Shown piece by piece: positions 45,278 to 57,397 of a stretch of 64,000 nt of DNA. This DNA comes from an uncultured bacterium (lineage in GTDB: Bacteria; Lernaellota; Lernaellaia; Lernaellales; Lernaellaceae). The stretch spans positions 2,787 to 66,786 of the forward strand of contig CAZHPN010000006.1 of assembly GCA_964534375.1 (NCBI GenBank). The letters are read 5' to 3'. The notes beneath the pieces are model-generated. The model saw nothing but the letters and a program-made list of their open reading frames with translations. It ran no database searches and was not told the DNA's origin. Both the position numbers and the translations under genes were made by a program. Within the stretch, counting starts at the first letter, position 1, and every line of letters begins with the position of its first letter.

Positions 45278-46243
45278 TCAGTTGACGAATCCGGAGCCGA
45301 TGAGTTGATAGTGGAAGGCAGCCGCGATCCGCAGTTCTTTGTCGGGCCACTCCGCCGGAATCGGATTGAAATTCGCTTCGCGCACAGCTTTGACCGCGTA
45401 TTCGTCCAGCAGCCGGTACCCGCTCGAATGGATAACCGTCGCTTCGCTGACCTCACCGCTCCGTTGAATGGTGAAGTGAAGCTGGACGACGCCCTGTTGG
45501 CCGCCGCGTTGCGCCTCCTGTGGGTACACCCACGCCAAATAAATCTTGTCGCGGATATGGGAGAAATAGCCCATATACCGCATCTCTTTGGTGGAGATCT
45601 GGATCGATTTGCCCGGATCGCCGACGTTCGGATTGTACGGGTTGACGCCGTCCTCGCCCCCGCCGCCGCCCGGCAGCGGCGCCATGCCGGTGCGCGAGAG
45701 CATCTGGTCGACGCTGCGATTCAATACGTCCTTCGACGGTGAACTCTTGCTCGGCGCAAGTTCCCCCTTGTCGGAAGGTTCGCCGACGCCCTCGCCAATG
45801 GCCGGCATCGGCGGCAGATGGCTGCCGCGGGCCGCGCCGGGTTCATGGCTCGACCCCGGGTTCGGCCCTTGCGCCGGTCCGTGCCGGCCGATTTCGCGCT
45901 GGCTTTCGTTGAGCGGCTTGTTTTCCAGATGCGTCGGATGGCCGCCCTCGTGATCCACGAAGCCCAGCGCGTCCGCTTTCTCGGGCGGTCTGCCGGTGGG
46001 CGGCAGGCGATTGAAGTTCATGCGATCCGGCTGGTTTTTCGCCATTTCGTCGAGGGTCTTCGCATCGAGGTTGGACAAGTCGAAGTCGACCGTTTTCGGT
46101 TTCGGCGGCACGGCGAATCCGAGGAAGCCCGAATAAAACAAAATGACGAGCGCGATATGGACCAGCACGGACAGAACGATTGCGACGCCGATGATCCAGC
46201 GATCGCGATAGTCCCGCAGTTGTTCGCGCCAGCCCGTAGGCAT
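45278..46243 (-). CDS. TonB family energy-transducer protein
   Basis: N-terminal TM anchor, Pro-rich central region, C-terminal TonB_C-like domain (VVQLHFTIQRSGEVSEATVIHSSGYRLLDEYAVKAVREANFNP). Confidence 0.65.
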   Translation of the reverse strand: MPTGWREQLRDYRDRWIIGVAIVLSVLVHIALVILFYSGFLGFAVPPKPKTVDFDLSNLDAKTLDEMAKNQPDRMNFNRLPPTGRPPEKADALGFVDHEGGHPTHLENKPLNESQREIGRHGPAQGPNPGSSHEPGAARGSHLPPMPAIGEGVGEPSDKGELAPSKSSPSKDVLNRSVDQMLSRTGMAPLPGGGGGEDGVNPYNPNVGDPGKSIQISTKEMRYMGYFSHIRDKIYLAWVYPQEAQRGGQQGVVQLHFTIQRSGEVSEATVIHSSGYRLLDEYAVKAVREANFNPIPAEWPDKELRIAAAFHYQLIGSGFVN

Positions 46244-46483
46244 ACTTCACCTCGCGAAAGGTCAAACTTTCTCGTGAATTCTATAAGACAAGATCGTGCG
46301 GTTCGCAACGGGGCATCGGATCATTGGACGCCGAGGGCCTCAACCGGGTTCAAGCAAATTTAACGAAAAACGCGCCCGGCGCAACTGCGTCGACGACAGC
46401 GCGCCGCCCGGCGCCCGCCTTCCGGCCGGAGCGCCCGCGGCGCCAAGTCGGCCTTGGTTTGTCAGGATCGTGGAACGGCGGCT

Positions 46484-47443
46484 TCAACCGCCGCAACCGC
46501 CGCCGCGGGAATTGCCGTTGCGGTGTGCGGCCGGCGCCGCATCGTCATCGGCCGCGTCGTCGTTGTCGTCGTTGTCGTCGTCATTATCGTCATTATCGTC
46601 ATTATCGTCGTCGTCGTCGTTATCATCATCGTTGTCGTCGTCATTGTCGTCATCGTCGTCGTCGTCATTGTCGTCATCATCGTCGTCCAACGTATCGATC
46701 CCTTCCAGCCGGAAGGCGACCGCCGTTTCGGAAATGCCATAAACCGTGGAAATGTCGGCCCATTGGGCCGGAATCGCCGGCGACGCGCCGCCGCCCGGGT
46801 TCGCCACCATGCCATGATCGTAGTGCGAGGTCTCGGACACCCAAATGCCGACGACGCCGTCCGCCAGAGTCGTAACCGGATAGCAGGAAAGCCAATAATG
46901 ACCTGGCGAGAAGACGGGGGGCGAGACTGGCATTGCCCAGAAATCCGCCTCGTAGACGCTATCGGACAACGTGACGCGCGGATCGGTCGGGGTCCACGAT
47001 TCCGACCACAACGCCGGCGCCTCGTCGTAGATCGGCATGCCGCTCGGTTTCCCGCCCTCGTCGGGAAAGACAAAACAAGTGAGGGCCGAGGCGCTTTGAA
47101 GCCCCTGCCAACCGGCGCCGGGTTCGCCGCACCATTCGATCTGCTGCACGGTCCAGACATGGCCGGCGGGCACGACGAAGTCGTCCGCCGCGAACGTGTC
47201 CAGGGCGCTGTGGGCGGCGTCGAAAACCTGCCCGGCGTACGGTTTGTAATTGATCTGGCTGCCATCTTGCTCGATCAGGCTGGGGAAATACGGCGGCGCG
47301 GCCGGACTCGAGGCCGCCGAAGCGCGCGTCAACAAACCAACGCCTGCCCACCCGCCCGCGACTGCCACTATCGCGGCAATCGCGAGCGCCGCGAATCGTT
47401 CCTTCCGATCGGACACTTTTGCCGCTCCTTCCGCTGAAGCCAC
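46484..47443 (-). CDS. Secreted hypothetical protein with a C-terminal poly-Asp/Asn tract and a terminal ...GGGCGG
   Basis: Signal-peptide-like N-terminus (AALAIAAIVAVAGGWAGVGLLTRASAAS). A beta-rich domain of unknown family. The last 60 aa are (D/N)n followed by AAPAAHRNGNSRGGGCGG-stop. Confidence 0.5.
   Translation of the reverse strand: MASAEGAAKVSDRKERFAALAIAAIVAVAGGWAGVGLLTRASAASSPAAPPYFPSLIEQDGSQINYKPYAGQVFDAAHSALDTFAADDFVVPAGHVWTVQQIEWCGEPGAGWQGLQSASALTCFVFPDEGGKPSGMPIYDEAPALWSESWTPTDPRVTLSDSVYEADFWAMPVSPPVFSPGHYWLSCYPVTTLADGVVGIWVSETSHYDHGMVANPGGGASPAIPAQWADISTVYGISETAVAFRLEGIDTLDDDDDDNDDDDDDDNDDDNDDDNDDDDDNDDNDDNDDDNDDNDDAADDDAAPAAHRNGNSRGGGCGG
46541..46688. repeat. Imperfect (GAC/GAT/AAC)n trinucleotide tract encoding poly-Asp/Asn
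   Basis: About 150 bp of gtcgtc/gttgtc/attatc units on the plus strand, inside the 46484..47443 gene. Confidence 0.9.
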
Positions 47444-47567
47444 AATCCTTCGGGCCGCCCCTCTCGCCCAGCGGCCGCCCCATGGCGAACGTAATCACGG
47501 CGCGCCGCGCACGCTATCGGCCGGCCCCTGAGCCGGCGCGCTGGCGGCGAAGCGATCGGCGATGCGG

Positions 47568-49049
47568 CTACGTCGAGCCGGCGAGCGCGGGGCAGCCCCC
47601 GAACCGATAGATGCGGTAGCGGCCCACGCGCGCGGTCTCGCGGAAGCGCTCCGGGTGGCGGGCGATTAACCGGGTCAAAGCCTGGGCGTGGTCGTCGTCC
47701 TCGCCGGACCATACGCCGCGCCCGTCGATGGCGAATTTGACGCTGTCGCGACAAAAGAGTTCCAATTCCGATTCCTTGCCGGCCACCGCAAACGACAACG
47801 ACCGGCGGCGGCTGAACAAGGCCAGCGCGCGCGCGCGGTAGAACACGAGCGTGTCGCGCGGGGCCGCGTTGGCGCTCGCCCACGCGAACAATTGCTGGGT
47901 GTCGGGCGTGTCGATGCCGTCGCGCACCGGGCCGTAGTTCGCCGTGGCGAAAAAGACGCCGTCGCTGACGATGGCCGCGACCGCCAGCAGGGCGACGGCG
48001 CGGGCCGGCGTCAGCGCCTTGAGCCGCACGGCCATCTCGTTGAGCCCCAGCAGCAAGTAAAACAAGTAGAGCGGCAGCAACGGCAGCAGCAGCCGCAGCC
48101 CTTGGAAGGAGGGCCAAAGCAAGACGATCGCCAGATAGCCGGCGAAGAAGGTCTCGAGAACCGACCGCTTGCGCCAGAGGCGGGCGGCGAAGCCGATCGC
48201 CGCCGCCAGCATCGTCGCGATGCTGAGCGCCTGCCCGATCCGATGCGGGAACCCGGCAAAAAGCACTTCTTTAATGAAGGGCGGATAATTGCGCAGGTTC
48301 TCGAAAATGCACTGCGGATAGTGGTGCAGCTGGTCGCCGTAGCCCGGGCCGCCGCTGAGCAGCGCCGATTCGGCGGCGTACAAACCGTACGCGACGACCG
48401 TCGCCGCCACGGCGAATAGCGAAATCCGGCGCAGGCGTAGGACGTCGGCCGCCAACAGGCTCAGCGGCAGGACGACGCCGATCGTCCGCGTCGCCACGGC
48501 GGCGAACATCAACAGACCGGCGGCGGCGCCGTAAAGCAGATCGCGCCGCCGCGATCCAACCGCGGCCTGGCCCGCGACCACCGCCGCCAAGGCAAGCCCC
48601 GTCCACAACAAGAATGGAATGTCGGACCGAATCGGATTCCCTTCGTCGAACCACACCGGGCTGAAGCCGAGCAGCGCGAGCCACGTCAGCCGCTGCCAGA
48701 GCGGCAACTCGTCCCGCGACAAGCGAAAAAACGCGGCCAAGGCGCCAATCAGCAGCAGATTGACGAAGATTTGCATCGCGCGAAAATTCAAGCCGAAAAG
48801 TGCGATCACCGGGGCGAGCAGCGCCGGGAATCCGGGCGGATACGCCGACGGCCCCATCTCCGGAAAACCCGGATTGTAAACGTAACCGGTGTCCGTGGTG
48901 GGCCGATGTTCGGCGAGCGCCCGGGCCTGCGCAATGTACTGCGCAAAGTCGTCGTCCCACGTCAAACCCGGCCGCAAACACAGCAAACGGAACGCAAAAG
49001 TAGCGCCAAGCGCGGCGAGAAAAATCGTCCGGCGATTCCGCGAAAGCAA
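47568..49049 (-). CDS. Polytopic membrane glycosyltransferase-like protein (GT-C fold, ArnT/PMT/DUF2142-like)
   Basis: 493 aa. About 11 TM helices, with a cytoplasm-exposed DxD-like segment near the N-terminus (TWDDDFAQY). No closer assignment is possible by eye. Confidence 0.45.
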   Translation of the reverse strand: MLSRNRRTIFLAALGATFAFRLLCLRPGLTWDDDFAQYIAQARALAEHRPTTDTGYVYNPGFPEMGPSAYPPGFPALLAPVIALFGLNFRAMQIFVNLLLIGALAAFFRLSRDELPLWQRLTWLALLGFSPVWFDEGNPIRSDIPFLLWTGLALAAVVAGQAAVGSRRRDLLYGAAAGLLMFAAVATRTIGVVLPLSLLAADVLRLRRISLFAVAATVVAYGLYAAESALLSGGPGYGDQLHHYPQCIFENLRNYPPFIKEVLFAGFPHRIGQALSIATMLAAAIGFAARLWRKRSVLETFFAGYLAIVLLWPSFQGLRLLLPLLPLYLFYLLLGLNEMAVRLKALTPARAVALLAVAAIVSDGVFFATANYGPVRDGIDTPDTQQLFAWASANAAPRDTLVFYRARALALFSRRRSLSFAVAGKESELELFCRDSVKFAIDGRGVWSGEDDDHAQALTRLIARHPERFRETARVGRYRIYRFGGCPALAGST

Positions 49050-49295
49050 ACTTCCCTCCGGGTTGCAAGATCGAATACATAATAATCAGACGACGCCCGA
49101 GGGAAAGCGCCAAATGCCAAAATTTCCGCCGCTGGCCGCCGGAAAAAAAGACGAAAGCCAGTCCGTCGCCGCATGGTCGCGCACGGCAAAGCCTTCCTTG
49201 ACTTTTGACCGGCGGCAACCTTATGATAACATCGGTTGGACGGTGGATGCACGGTCGTTCGCGGCGGGCGGCGTAGAAAGAGAAAGGAGTTTGAG

Positions 49296-50579
<1,284 letters not shown>

Positions 50580-50604
50580 GCCAATCCGTTCGCCAGCGAA
50601 CAAA

Positions 50605-50633
50605 GGCGCCCCGCTCTTCGGGGCGCTTTTTTT
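50605..50633 (+). terminator. Rho-independent terminator
   Basis: GGCGCCCCG-ctctt-CGGGGCGC followed by TTTTTTT, immediately after the stop of the FGE-domain gene. Confidence 0.8.
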
Positions 50634-50725
50634 GTGCGGCGTCGGGCGCAGGCGCGCGACGCGATTGGACAAAGTCGCGGTTTTTTGCGAAGCTGGCGCC
50701 GAACGATTTTTCGAAGGAGCGCATC

Positions 50726-53116
50726 ATGGGCTTCGGTCGGCTGTGGGTTTTGGCGGTGGCGTTGGCGCTCGCGGTTGCCTTCTTGCCGGCTTGCGGCGGC
50801 AAAAGCAGCGACGACGATTCCACCGCGGACGACGACAACGATGCGTCGCCGCTCGACGACGACGACAATGATAACGACAACGACGATCTGTCGCCTGACG
50901 ACGACGCCTCGCCCGTCGATGACGACTCCTCGCCCGTCGGCATTCTGGATTACGTCAACCCGTTCATCGGCTCGGGCGGCATCGGCTACCAGTACGCGGC
51001 GGCGTATCCGGGGGCCAAGTATCCGCACGGCATGATCACAATGAACCCGAACACGACCCGGAACGGCTTCAATTGGGATAAACAGGAATTTTGCGGCTAC
51101 AATTGGGGAGATCCGCAAATCCGCGGTTTCGTCCACACCGAACTTTACGGCACGGGGGCGGCCGGCGAAGGCAGCCTGTTGATCATGCCGATGAAAAGCA
51201 AACCCAACGGCCTGATCGAGGAACCGACCTTCCGCAGCAGCTTCGACAAGAGCACCGAGACCGCGACGCCCGGCTACTACTCGGCCTACCTCGAAGACGC
51301 GCAGACGTTGGTTGAGTTGGCCGCCGCGCCGGCGAGCGGCATCGAACGCTTCACGTTCGCCGCGGGCGCATCGCCGTACATTATCGTTTGGCCGTCGTAC
51401 TCCCAGGACTCCGGCTGGATCACCGATTCGGAAGTCGACATCGGCCCTGGTCAAACGATTTCGGGCTGGATCAATTACGGCGGCCCCATGAGGGGCCGTT
51501 CGACCCGCGGTTCCGCCTCCGGCTACACCGTTTACTATTACCTCGTTTTCTCGCAGCCCTTCACGGATACGGAAGTCTGGACGTACGGCGGAGAGGGAGA
51601 GCCGGGCACTTCGATGCACGCGGCGGACGCCGGCGCCTTCGTCGGCTTCGCCCCGAGCGCGGAACCGTTGGTCATGCAAGTCGGCATCAGTTCGCAGAGC
51701 GTGGCGCAAGCGCAGGCCAACCTCGCCGCGCAGATCCCGGTCGCCGATTTCGACACAGTGCACGCCGCGACCCGCGCCGCGTGGGAAAACGCCTTGAGCG
51801 AAATCGAAGTGGTCGGCGGCACGGACACGCTCCGGCGCGAGTTCTACACGGCGCTCTATCACCAGCACATGATGCCCACCGACTGGACCGAGGCCAACAA
51901 CCAGTATTTCGGCTTCGACCGGCAGGCGCATGACGCGGGCGCGCGTCGCTATTACACCGACATGTCGCTGTGGGACATCTTCCGCACGCAGTTTCCGTTT
52001 TACGTGCTGCTCGAACCGGTGCGCGCCGCCGACATCGCGCAATCGCTGACCGACATGTACAACCAGGTCGGTTACCTGCCGCGCTGGCCGGCGGCGTGCT
52101 ATGACACGGGCTCGATGATCGAAACGCCGACCGACATCATCTTCAGCGACGCGTACCTCAAAGGCGTGCAGAATTTCGATTACCAGACCGCCTATCAGGC
52201 CTGCTATGCGCACGCCACCGGAAATACGCCCGGCCCCGGCCGTGAATGCCTGACCCAGTACATGACGCTGCATTACCTGCCCGAGGACCAATGCGGCGCG
52301 GGCGTCAGCCACATCACCGAAGCGTGCCGCGAAGACGCCGCCCTCTCGCATTGGGCCGCTGCCATGGGCAACACGACCGACGCGGCGATGTTCCTGGCGC
52401 GCAGCACTTACTATCAGAACCACTTCGACGCTTCGACCGGCTTCTTGCGCGCCAAGGATTCGGACGGTTCGTGGGTCGCTCCGTTTCTGCCGGCGTACCC
52501 GTTCGACAACAACTACGTCGAGGGCGACGCCTGGCAATACACTTTCTGCGCCGAGCACGACGCCGACGGCCTGACGGCGCTGTTCGGCTCGCCAGCGGCG
52601 GCGGCCTCCAAGTTGGAGCAGGACTTCCAGGAATCCGTCGACAACCCGCCGGGATTAGTGCTGCCGTCCGGCTACTACTGGGCCGGCAACGAACCGGACA
52701 TTTTCTACGCGTTCTTCTTCGATCTGATGGGCCGCCCCGATTTGACACAGAAATGGACGCGCTGGATCGTCGCCACGAAATACGGCGACGGACCCGCCGG
52801 CCTGCCGGGCAACGACGATGGGGGCACGATTTCGGCGTGGCTGCTTTGGGCCGCGATTGGCTTTTACCCGGTGAACGGGAGCGACGTCTACCTGCTCGGC
52901 AGCCCGCTCTTCGATCAGGTAACAATGCACCTGCCGGGCGGCGATCTGATCGTGATCGCGCACAACAACACCCCGGAAAACAAGTACGTCCAATCGGCCA
53001 CGCTGAACGGCGCGCCGCTCACCGCCCCCCAGTTCACGCACGCGCAGATCGTCAACGGCGCGACGATCGAGATGGTAATGGGGCCGCAACCCGCGGCGGG
53101 GTCGTTTGCAAAATAA
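50726..53116 (+). CDS. Lipoprotein glycoside hydrolase family 92 (alpha-mannosidase-like) with an N-terminal poly-Asp/Asn linker
   Basis: Lipobox FLPACGG, then SSDDDSTADDDNDASPLDDDDNDNDNDD... GH92-like catalytic region including NYVEGDAWQYTF and WAGNEPDIFYAFFF. 796 aa. Confidence 0.75.
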   Translation: MGFGRLWVLAVALALAVAFLPACGGKSSDDDSTADDDNDASPLDDDDNDNDNDDLSPDDDASPVDDDSSPVGILDYVNPFIGSGGIGYQYAAAYPGAKYPHGMITMNPNTTRNGFNWDKQEFCGYNWGDPQIRGFVHTELYGTGAAGEGSLLIMPMKSKPNGLIEEPTFRSSFDKSTETATPGYYSAYLEDAQTLVELAAAPASGIERFTFAAGASPYIIVWPSYSQDSGWITDSEVDIGPGQTISGWINYGGPMRGRSTRGSASGYTVYYYLVFSQPFTDTEVWTYGGEGEPGTSMHAADAGAFVGFAPSAEPLVMQVGISSQSVAQAQANLAAQIPVADFDTVHAATRAAWENALSEIEVVGGTDTLRREFYTALYHQHMMPTDWTEANNQYFGFDRQAHDAGARRYYTDMSLWDIFRTQFPFYVLLEPVRAADIAQSLTDMYNQVGYLPRWPAACYDTGSMIETPTDIIFSDAYLKGVQNFDYQTAYQACYAHATGNTPGPGRECLTQYMTLHYLPEDQCGAGVSHITEACREDAALSHWAAAMGNTTDAAMFLARSTYYQNHFDASTGFLRAKDSDGSWVAPFLPAYPFDNNYVEGDAWQYTFCAEHDADGLTALFGSPAAAASKLEQDFQESVDNPPGLVLPSGYYWAGNEPDIFYAFFFDLMGRPDLTQKWTRWIVATKYGDGPAGLPGNDDGGTISAWLLWAAIGFYPVNGSDVYLLGSPLFDQVTMHLPGGDLIVIAHNNTPENKYVQSATLNGAPLTAPQFTHAQIVNGATIEMVMGPQPAAGSFAK

Positions 53117-53349
53117 CTTTGAGTTGGTCGACGCCGCGTCCGAAAGATCTGGTATCTAAAACGCTTTTTTCGAACGCTCAAGATTGGGGCTTGCTTTCTT
53201 CAAGAAATTGGCGTAGAGAGATTGCGTTGCGCTTCCGGCGAACCGCCGTTTTCGCCGGGCGAGCGACGTGGATTAACGTGTTTTGACAGGGGGAAGGAAT
53301 GTTATTTGGACGCCGCAGGGAGCGACGAACGGGTCAAAAGCCGGCGAAG

Positions 53350-53547
53350 ATGATGGCGTGCCCGGTCTGCAAAGGCGGCAGCGTCGTGCGCATGACGCCG
53401 ACGGAAGCCACCACGTGGAACGAGCGCATCGGCGAGAAGAACGTCGCCGCCATCGAATCGGTGACGCGGCCGTGCTGGGCTTGCGATGGCCACGGCCAGA
53501 TGCCGATCGAGCGACGCCGGGCTGAGATCGGTCACTTCGATCGCTGA
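53350..53547 (+). CDS. Small zinc-ribbon protein (CPxC...CxxC)
   Basis: MMACPVCKGGSVV...RPCWACDGHG. Short and weakly supported. Confidence 0.3.
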   Translation: MMACPVCKGGSVVRMTPTEATTWNERIGEKNVAAIESVTRPCWACDGHGQMPIERRRAEIGHFDR

Positions 53548-53588
53548 AAAAAATTTCGCTTCCGCCAAGATAGTTCGCCGCCGCCGGA

Positions 53589-54482
53589 TTAATGCGCAGG
53601 GTGTTTGCGCAAGAACTCGAGCATATACTCGTTGACCTGTTCGGGTTGCTCTTGTTGCACCCAGTGCGAGCAATCGGCGATCCGCCGCAATTCGAACGGG
53701 GCGTCGATCTCCTGCTCCAAGCCGTCGCAAAGTTCTGGGCCGAGGGCGCGGTCCTTCTCCGCCCAGATCACCTGCGTCGGAACCTTAATCTTCGGGAAAC
53801 CTGCGGCTTCGTTCGACGTCGCCAGCCGGCGCAGCGAAGCGCGATAGTAGTTGATGGCGGCTGTCAACGCCCCCGGCGCCAGCATGGGTTCGCGAAAGCC
53901 GGCGATGACGTCGTCCGAAAACATTTCTTTCCGGAACGCCCACCCGCGAAACATTCGGTCGAATTGATTTTTCGCATCTCGCAAAATATGACGCTCCGGC
54001 AACCAGGGAAGCTGAAAATAAAACATGTACCACGAACGACGCAGTTGGCGGAGATTGCCGAACAAGTGGCGCCGGAAGATTTTCGGATGCGGGGCGTTGA
54101 GAATCGTCAGCGAGAGCAGGTCCTGGGGCCGCCGGGCCGCGTAGAACCAGGCGATCGCGCCTCCCCAGTCGTGGGCGATCAGATGCACCGGCCCGCCGCC
54201 GAGCGCCGCGATCAGTCCTTGCACATCGCCGGCAAGCCGATGCATGCGGTAATCGACAACCCGCGCCGGCCGGTCGGTGAGGTTGTAGCCGCGCAGGTCC
54301 GGGGCCGCCGCGCGAAAGCCGGCCGCCGCCAACGCCGGCAATTGATGCCGCCACGATCGCCAGTTTTCCGGAAAGCCGTGCAGCAACAACGCCACCGGTC
54401 CCGAACCCTGCGTCGCGACGTGAAACCGCAAACCGTTGGCGAAAAGAAACTCCTCGGTCAAGCCGGGCTGCGCATCCGACAT
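53589..54482 (-). CDS. Alpha/beta hydrolase (epoxide hydrolase / haloalkane dehalogenase-like)
   Basis: HGFPENWRSWRHQ, nucleophile elbow AHDWGG, C-terminal catalytic His (CSHWVQQEQP). Confidence 0.8.
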   Translation of the reverse strand: MSDAQPGLTEEFLFANGLRFHVATQGSGPVALLLHGFPENWRSWRHQLPALAAAGFRAAAPDLRGYNLTDRPARVVDYRMHRLAGDVQGLIAALGGGPVHLIAHDWGGAIAWFYAARRPQDLLSLTILNAPHPKIFRRHLFGNLRQLRRSWYMFYFQLPWLPERHILRDAKNQFDRMFRGWAFRKEMFSDDVIAGFREPMLAPGALTAAINYYRASLRRLATSNEAAGFPKIKVPTQVIWAEKDRALGPELCDGLEQEIDAPFELRRIADCSHWVQQEQPEQVNEYMLEFLRKHPAH

Positions 54483-54558
54483 GGCGTCCTCCCGACGTTG
54501 AAGGCGCGATGCTGTTTCTTCGAATGTAGCGATCGATGCGGACGCGGAACAGATGCGG

Positions 54559-55116
54559 CTAAAACTTCGCCCCGATGCAGGCCATCATGCCTTTGTGCGG
54601 CGTCGGAACGAGGCGGAGTATCGGCGCAACCTTATATTTCTGGATGACGTACTGCTCGTAGTCTTTTTCCGCCTGGCTTTTGGCGCCGGTGAAATAAATC
54701 CCCACGCCCACCAGCGGCAGGCCGCCGGCGACGCCGGCGACCAACAGAATGTCGCCGACTTTCTGGTTGTACAAACCGATCGCGGTCTGGAATAGACCCC
54801 CGATGAAACCGACGGCGACCATCACCGCGCCCGGGATAAACGTGGCCATCCCGATCGCCTTGCGCCGATTCCGTGCGGCCATCGCGAGGTTGTACATCCG
54901 CCACAGTTCCATGTCGTTGTCCATCGCCTGACGCGTTTCATCGTCGTATTGCCAAATAACCGGACCCTTGTGTTGGGCCAGCAACGTCCCCAGCGTGGCG
55001 CTGTCCACCGCGGGCGCGGCTCCGTCATCCGTCGTCGGCTCGGCGGCCGACGCCGACGCCGCAAAGCACAGCAAACAGCCCGCGAGCACCCAAAGAATGA
55101 CGCTACGTAAACTCAT
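54559..55116 (-). CDS. Hypothetical signal-peptide / membrane protein
   Basis: N-terminal signal (ILWVLAGCLLCFAASASA), two central hydrophobic helices. No recognisable family. Confidence 0.4.
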   Translation of the reverse strand: MSLRSVILWVLAGCLLCFAASASAAEPTTDDGAAPAVDSATLGTLLAQHKGPVIWQYDDETRQAMDNDMELWRMYNLAMAARNRRKAIGMATFIPGAVMVAVGFIGGLFQTAIGLYNQKVGDILLVAGVAGGLPLVGVGIYFTGAKSQAEKDYEQYVIQKYKVAPILRLVPTPHKGMMACIGAKF

Positions 55117-55151
55117 CTTGCTCTCCCTATCCGGGGCCGCGGCCGCCGGCT

Positions 55152-57278
55152 TTACGCGATGGTGAAATTATACACGTTTTCGAAACGGTCGCCCGGCGAT
55201 TCCATCGTCAGCCGGGCCGAGTACAGCCCCGGCCGCTCCGGCGATTCGTCGATCGACAGGCAATGCGCCGCCCGGCAATCGGGTTCGAGTCGTACGGCGG
55301 CCCGGTGCTCGCCGATGATGCCATTTTCGGCGTCAAGGATCGTCAGCGTCAGCGTCGCGACGCCGAGATCGTCGGGCGTGTCGTTGACCGCAAAGGCGTC
55401 GATGCGGATCGGTCGGCCGCCACGGGTCCGCCGGTCGGCGCTCAGCGTGAGGAACGCGTACACCGGGCGAAACGCGTCGCGCAAGGCGAAGTAGCTTCGC
55501 TTCGGGACTCGCCAGTAATCGAGCACAGACCATTGGATCGCGGGGTTCGGATCGGTGAACATGAACTGGACGACGCCGCCGTTGGGCGCGTATTTGGCGC
55601 GGCGGGCGCGGTCGATGTAGAAGCGATTCATCTCGCTCTGGTACGCTTGGCTCTTTTCAACGAGCGTCGCCAGATCGGGCTGCGCCGTCCCGACCCAGTG
55701 ATCCATCAGTTCTTTTTGCAGGCTGTGCCGCGCGGTCAATCGGGGCCAGTCGATTTGGCGGATGTCTTCGGCCATGAATTTGGCGCAGCTAACCAGATTG
55801 GGGAAACTCTGCGCGCCGAATTCGGTGATGAACCGCAGGTTTTTCGGAAAGAGCCGGCAGACCTTGTCGAAGAGGAACATCGACTTGCCCTGCACGCGGT
55901 ACCACCCGAAATAGAAGTGCGTGTCCGTGCCTTCCTGCCAGGGCGCCGCCGGTTCGCCGCTGCATTTGTTGACAAAACGCGACGAATCGACGGCCTCGGC
56001 CGCGCGCTTCAGGGCCGCATCGAGCACGACGCGATTCCAGTTCCAAACGAAAATCGTGAACATCGTCTTGGCGTTTTCGAGCGCGGTTTCGTCGGCCGTA
56101 TCGACAAGATGGATCGGTTCGTTGTGGCACGTCCAGTAGGCGATCGACGGATGATTGAACAGCAGCAGGACCATCCCTTGCATCATCCGCTCGGCCGCGG
56201 GCAAGACCTCCCGGCGGTAGCTCCATTGCATCGGAAAATCCTGCGCCAGCAGCAGGCCGGCGCGATCCGCGGCGCGATACAGGGCCGGATGATCGACATG
56301 CGCATGAACGCGCAGGATGTTCATGTTGGCCTCGATTGCGAGGCGCACGTCGCGCTCGGCGTCGGCATCGGTCACGGTTGCAATCCGCGTGTCCGTCGGC
56401 GGTTGGTTGCTGCCGCGCAGGTACAGCCGGCGGCCGTTGAGCCGGCAGATCCAATCTTCAAAGCGGATCGTTCGCACGCCGACGAGATCCTCGAATGCGT
56501 CGCTGACCTTCTTGCCTTCCCGCAGCGTCGCCGTGAAGCGATAGAGGTTCGGCTGGCCGCGATCGTGCGTCCACCACAGCGCCGGCCGCACCAGGTGATG
56601 GGAAAAGGCGAGCTTGTTGCGCCCTTCGTCGAGTTCGACGTCGCGCGAAAATTCGTACGCCTCGCCCGTAAAGTTTTCGGGCGCCAGCGCGATCTCGCAC
56701 CGCACGCGGCCGGCGCGGCGGGCGATGATCTCCAGCCGGACGGTGATCGAGGCGTCGTCGCCTTCGAGTTCGTCGGTCTGAAAAAGGCAGGCGTCGAGCT
56801 GAAACGCGCCGGTCGTGTGAATCTCCGGCGCGAGCCAGATGCCGCCGGGGTTGGTGGTCGGGTCCAGGCAGTCCCAGTGCGAGAACACGCCGGTGATCAT
56901 GCGTTTGGCGTTGCGCTCTTTTTCATTGGGGCAATTGACCTCGATCGCCAACTCGTTCTCCGGCTCCAGCAGGTCGGTCACGTCGTAACGTTGCGGCGTG
57001 AAATAACCTTCGTGGTCGCCGAGTCGGCGGCCATTCAAGACGACGGTGGAATAATAGAATATCCCCGGAAAAACGAGATGGGTCCGTTCGCCCTTTTCCG
57101 GTTTGAACGAAAATCGCCGGCGGTAGTGAACGACGCCCGCGTGATCCCGCAGCGCCGGGTGCTGCTGCCAATGGCTGGGAATTTCCATCTCCAGCCAATT
57201 TTCCACGGCCTCGGGACGCACGTCGCCCGTGGCAACCGCCGCCAACTCCCACGTCCCCCCTAGTTCCGCGGCTTTCAT
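55152..57278 (-). CDS. Glycoside hydrolase family 2 (beta-mannosidase / beta-galactosidase-like), cytoplasmic
   Basis: 708 aa. GH2 sugar-binding, Ig-like and TIM-barrel order, catalytic-region WTCHNEP and FITEFG. No signal peptide. Confidence 0.7.
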   Translation of the reverse strand: MKAAELGGTWELAAVATGDVRPEAVENWLEMEIPSHWQQHPALRDHAGVVHYRRRFSFKPEKGERTHLVFPGIFYYSTVVLNGRRLGDHEGYFTPQRYDVTDLLEPENELAIEVNCPNEKERNAKRMITGVFSHWDCLDPTTNPGGIWLAPEIHTTGAFQLDACLFQTDELEGDDASITVRLEIIARRAGRVRCEIALAPENFTGEAYEFSRDVELDEGRNKLAFSHHLVRPALWWTHDRGQPNLYRFTATLREGKKVSDAFEDLVGVRTIRFEDWICRLNGRRLYLRGSNQPPTDTRIATVTDADAERDVRLAIEANMNILRVHAHVDHPALYRAADRAGLLLAQDFPMQWSYRREVLPAAERMMQGMVLLLFNHPSIAYWTCHNEPIHLVDTADETALENAKTMFTIFVWNWNRVVLDAALKRAAEAVDSSRFVNKCSGEPAAPWQEGTDTHFYFGWYRVQGKSMFLFDKVCRLFPKNLRFITEFGAQSFPNLVSCAKFMAEDIRQIDWPRLTARHSLQKELMDHWVGTAQPDLATLVEKSQAYQSEMNRFYIDRARRAKYAPNGGVVQFMFTDPNPAIQWSVLDYWRVPKRSYFALRDAFRPVYAFLTLSADRRTRGGRPIRIDAFAVNDTPDDLGVATLTLTILDAENGIIGEHRAAVRLEPDCRAAHCLSIDESPERPGLYSARLTMESPGDRFENVYNFTIA

Positions 57279-57397
57279 GAGGCTCCTCGTCGGGCAATTG
57301 TTTTGGCGCGCCCAGGAGACTAAACAGGCCGCGGCCGGGTGTCAACGCCGCGCCGTCCCCGACACGCGGCGCGCGCTCCCGAAAGCAGCGAAAATCA

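Noticed and set aside
46250-46440. GGGTTCAAGC motif examined as a possible tRNA T-arm
   Set aside because: No acceptor, D-arm or anticodon-arm structure could be built around it. No other intergenic region in the window has tRNA-like cloverleaf potential.
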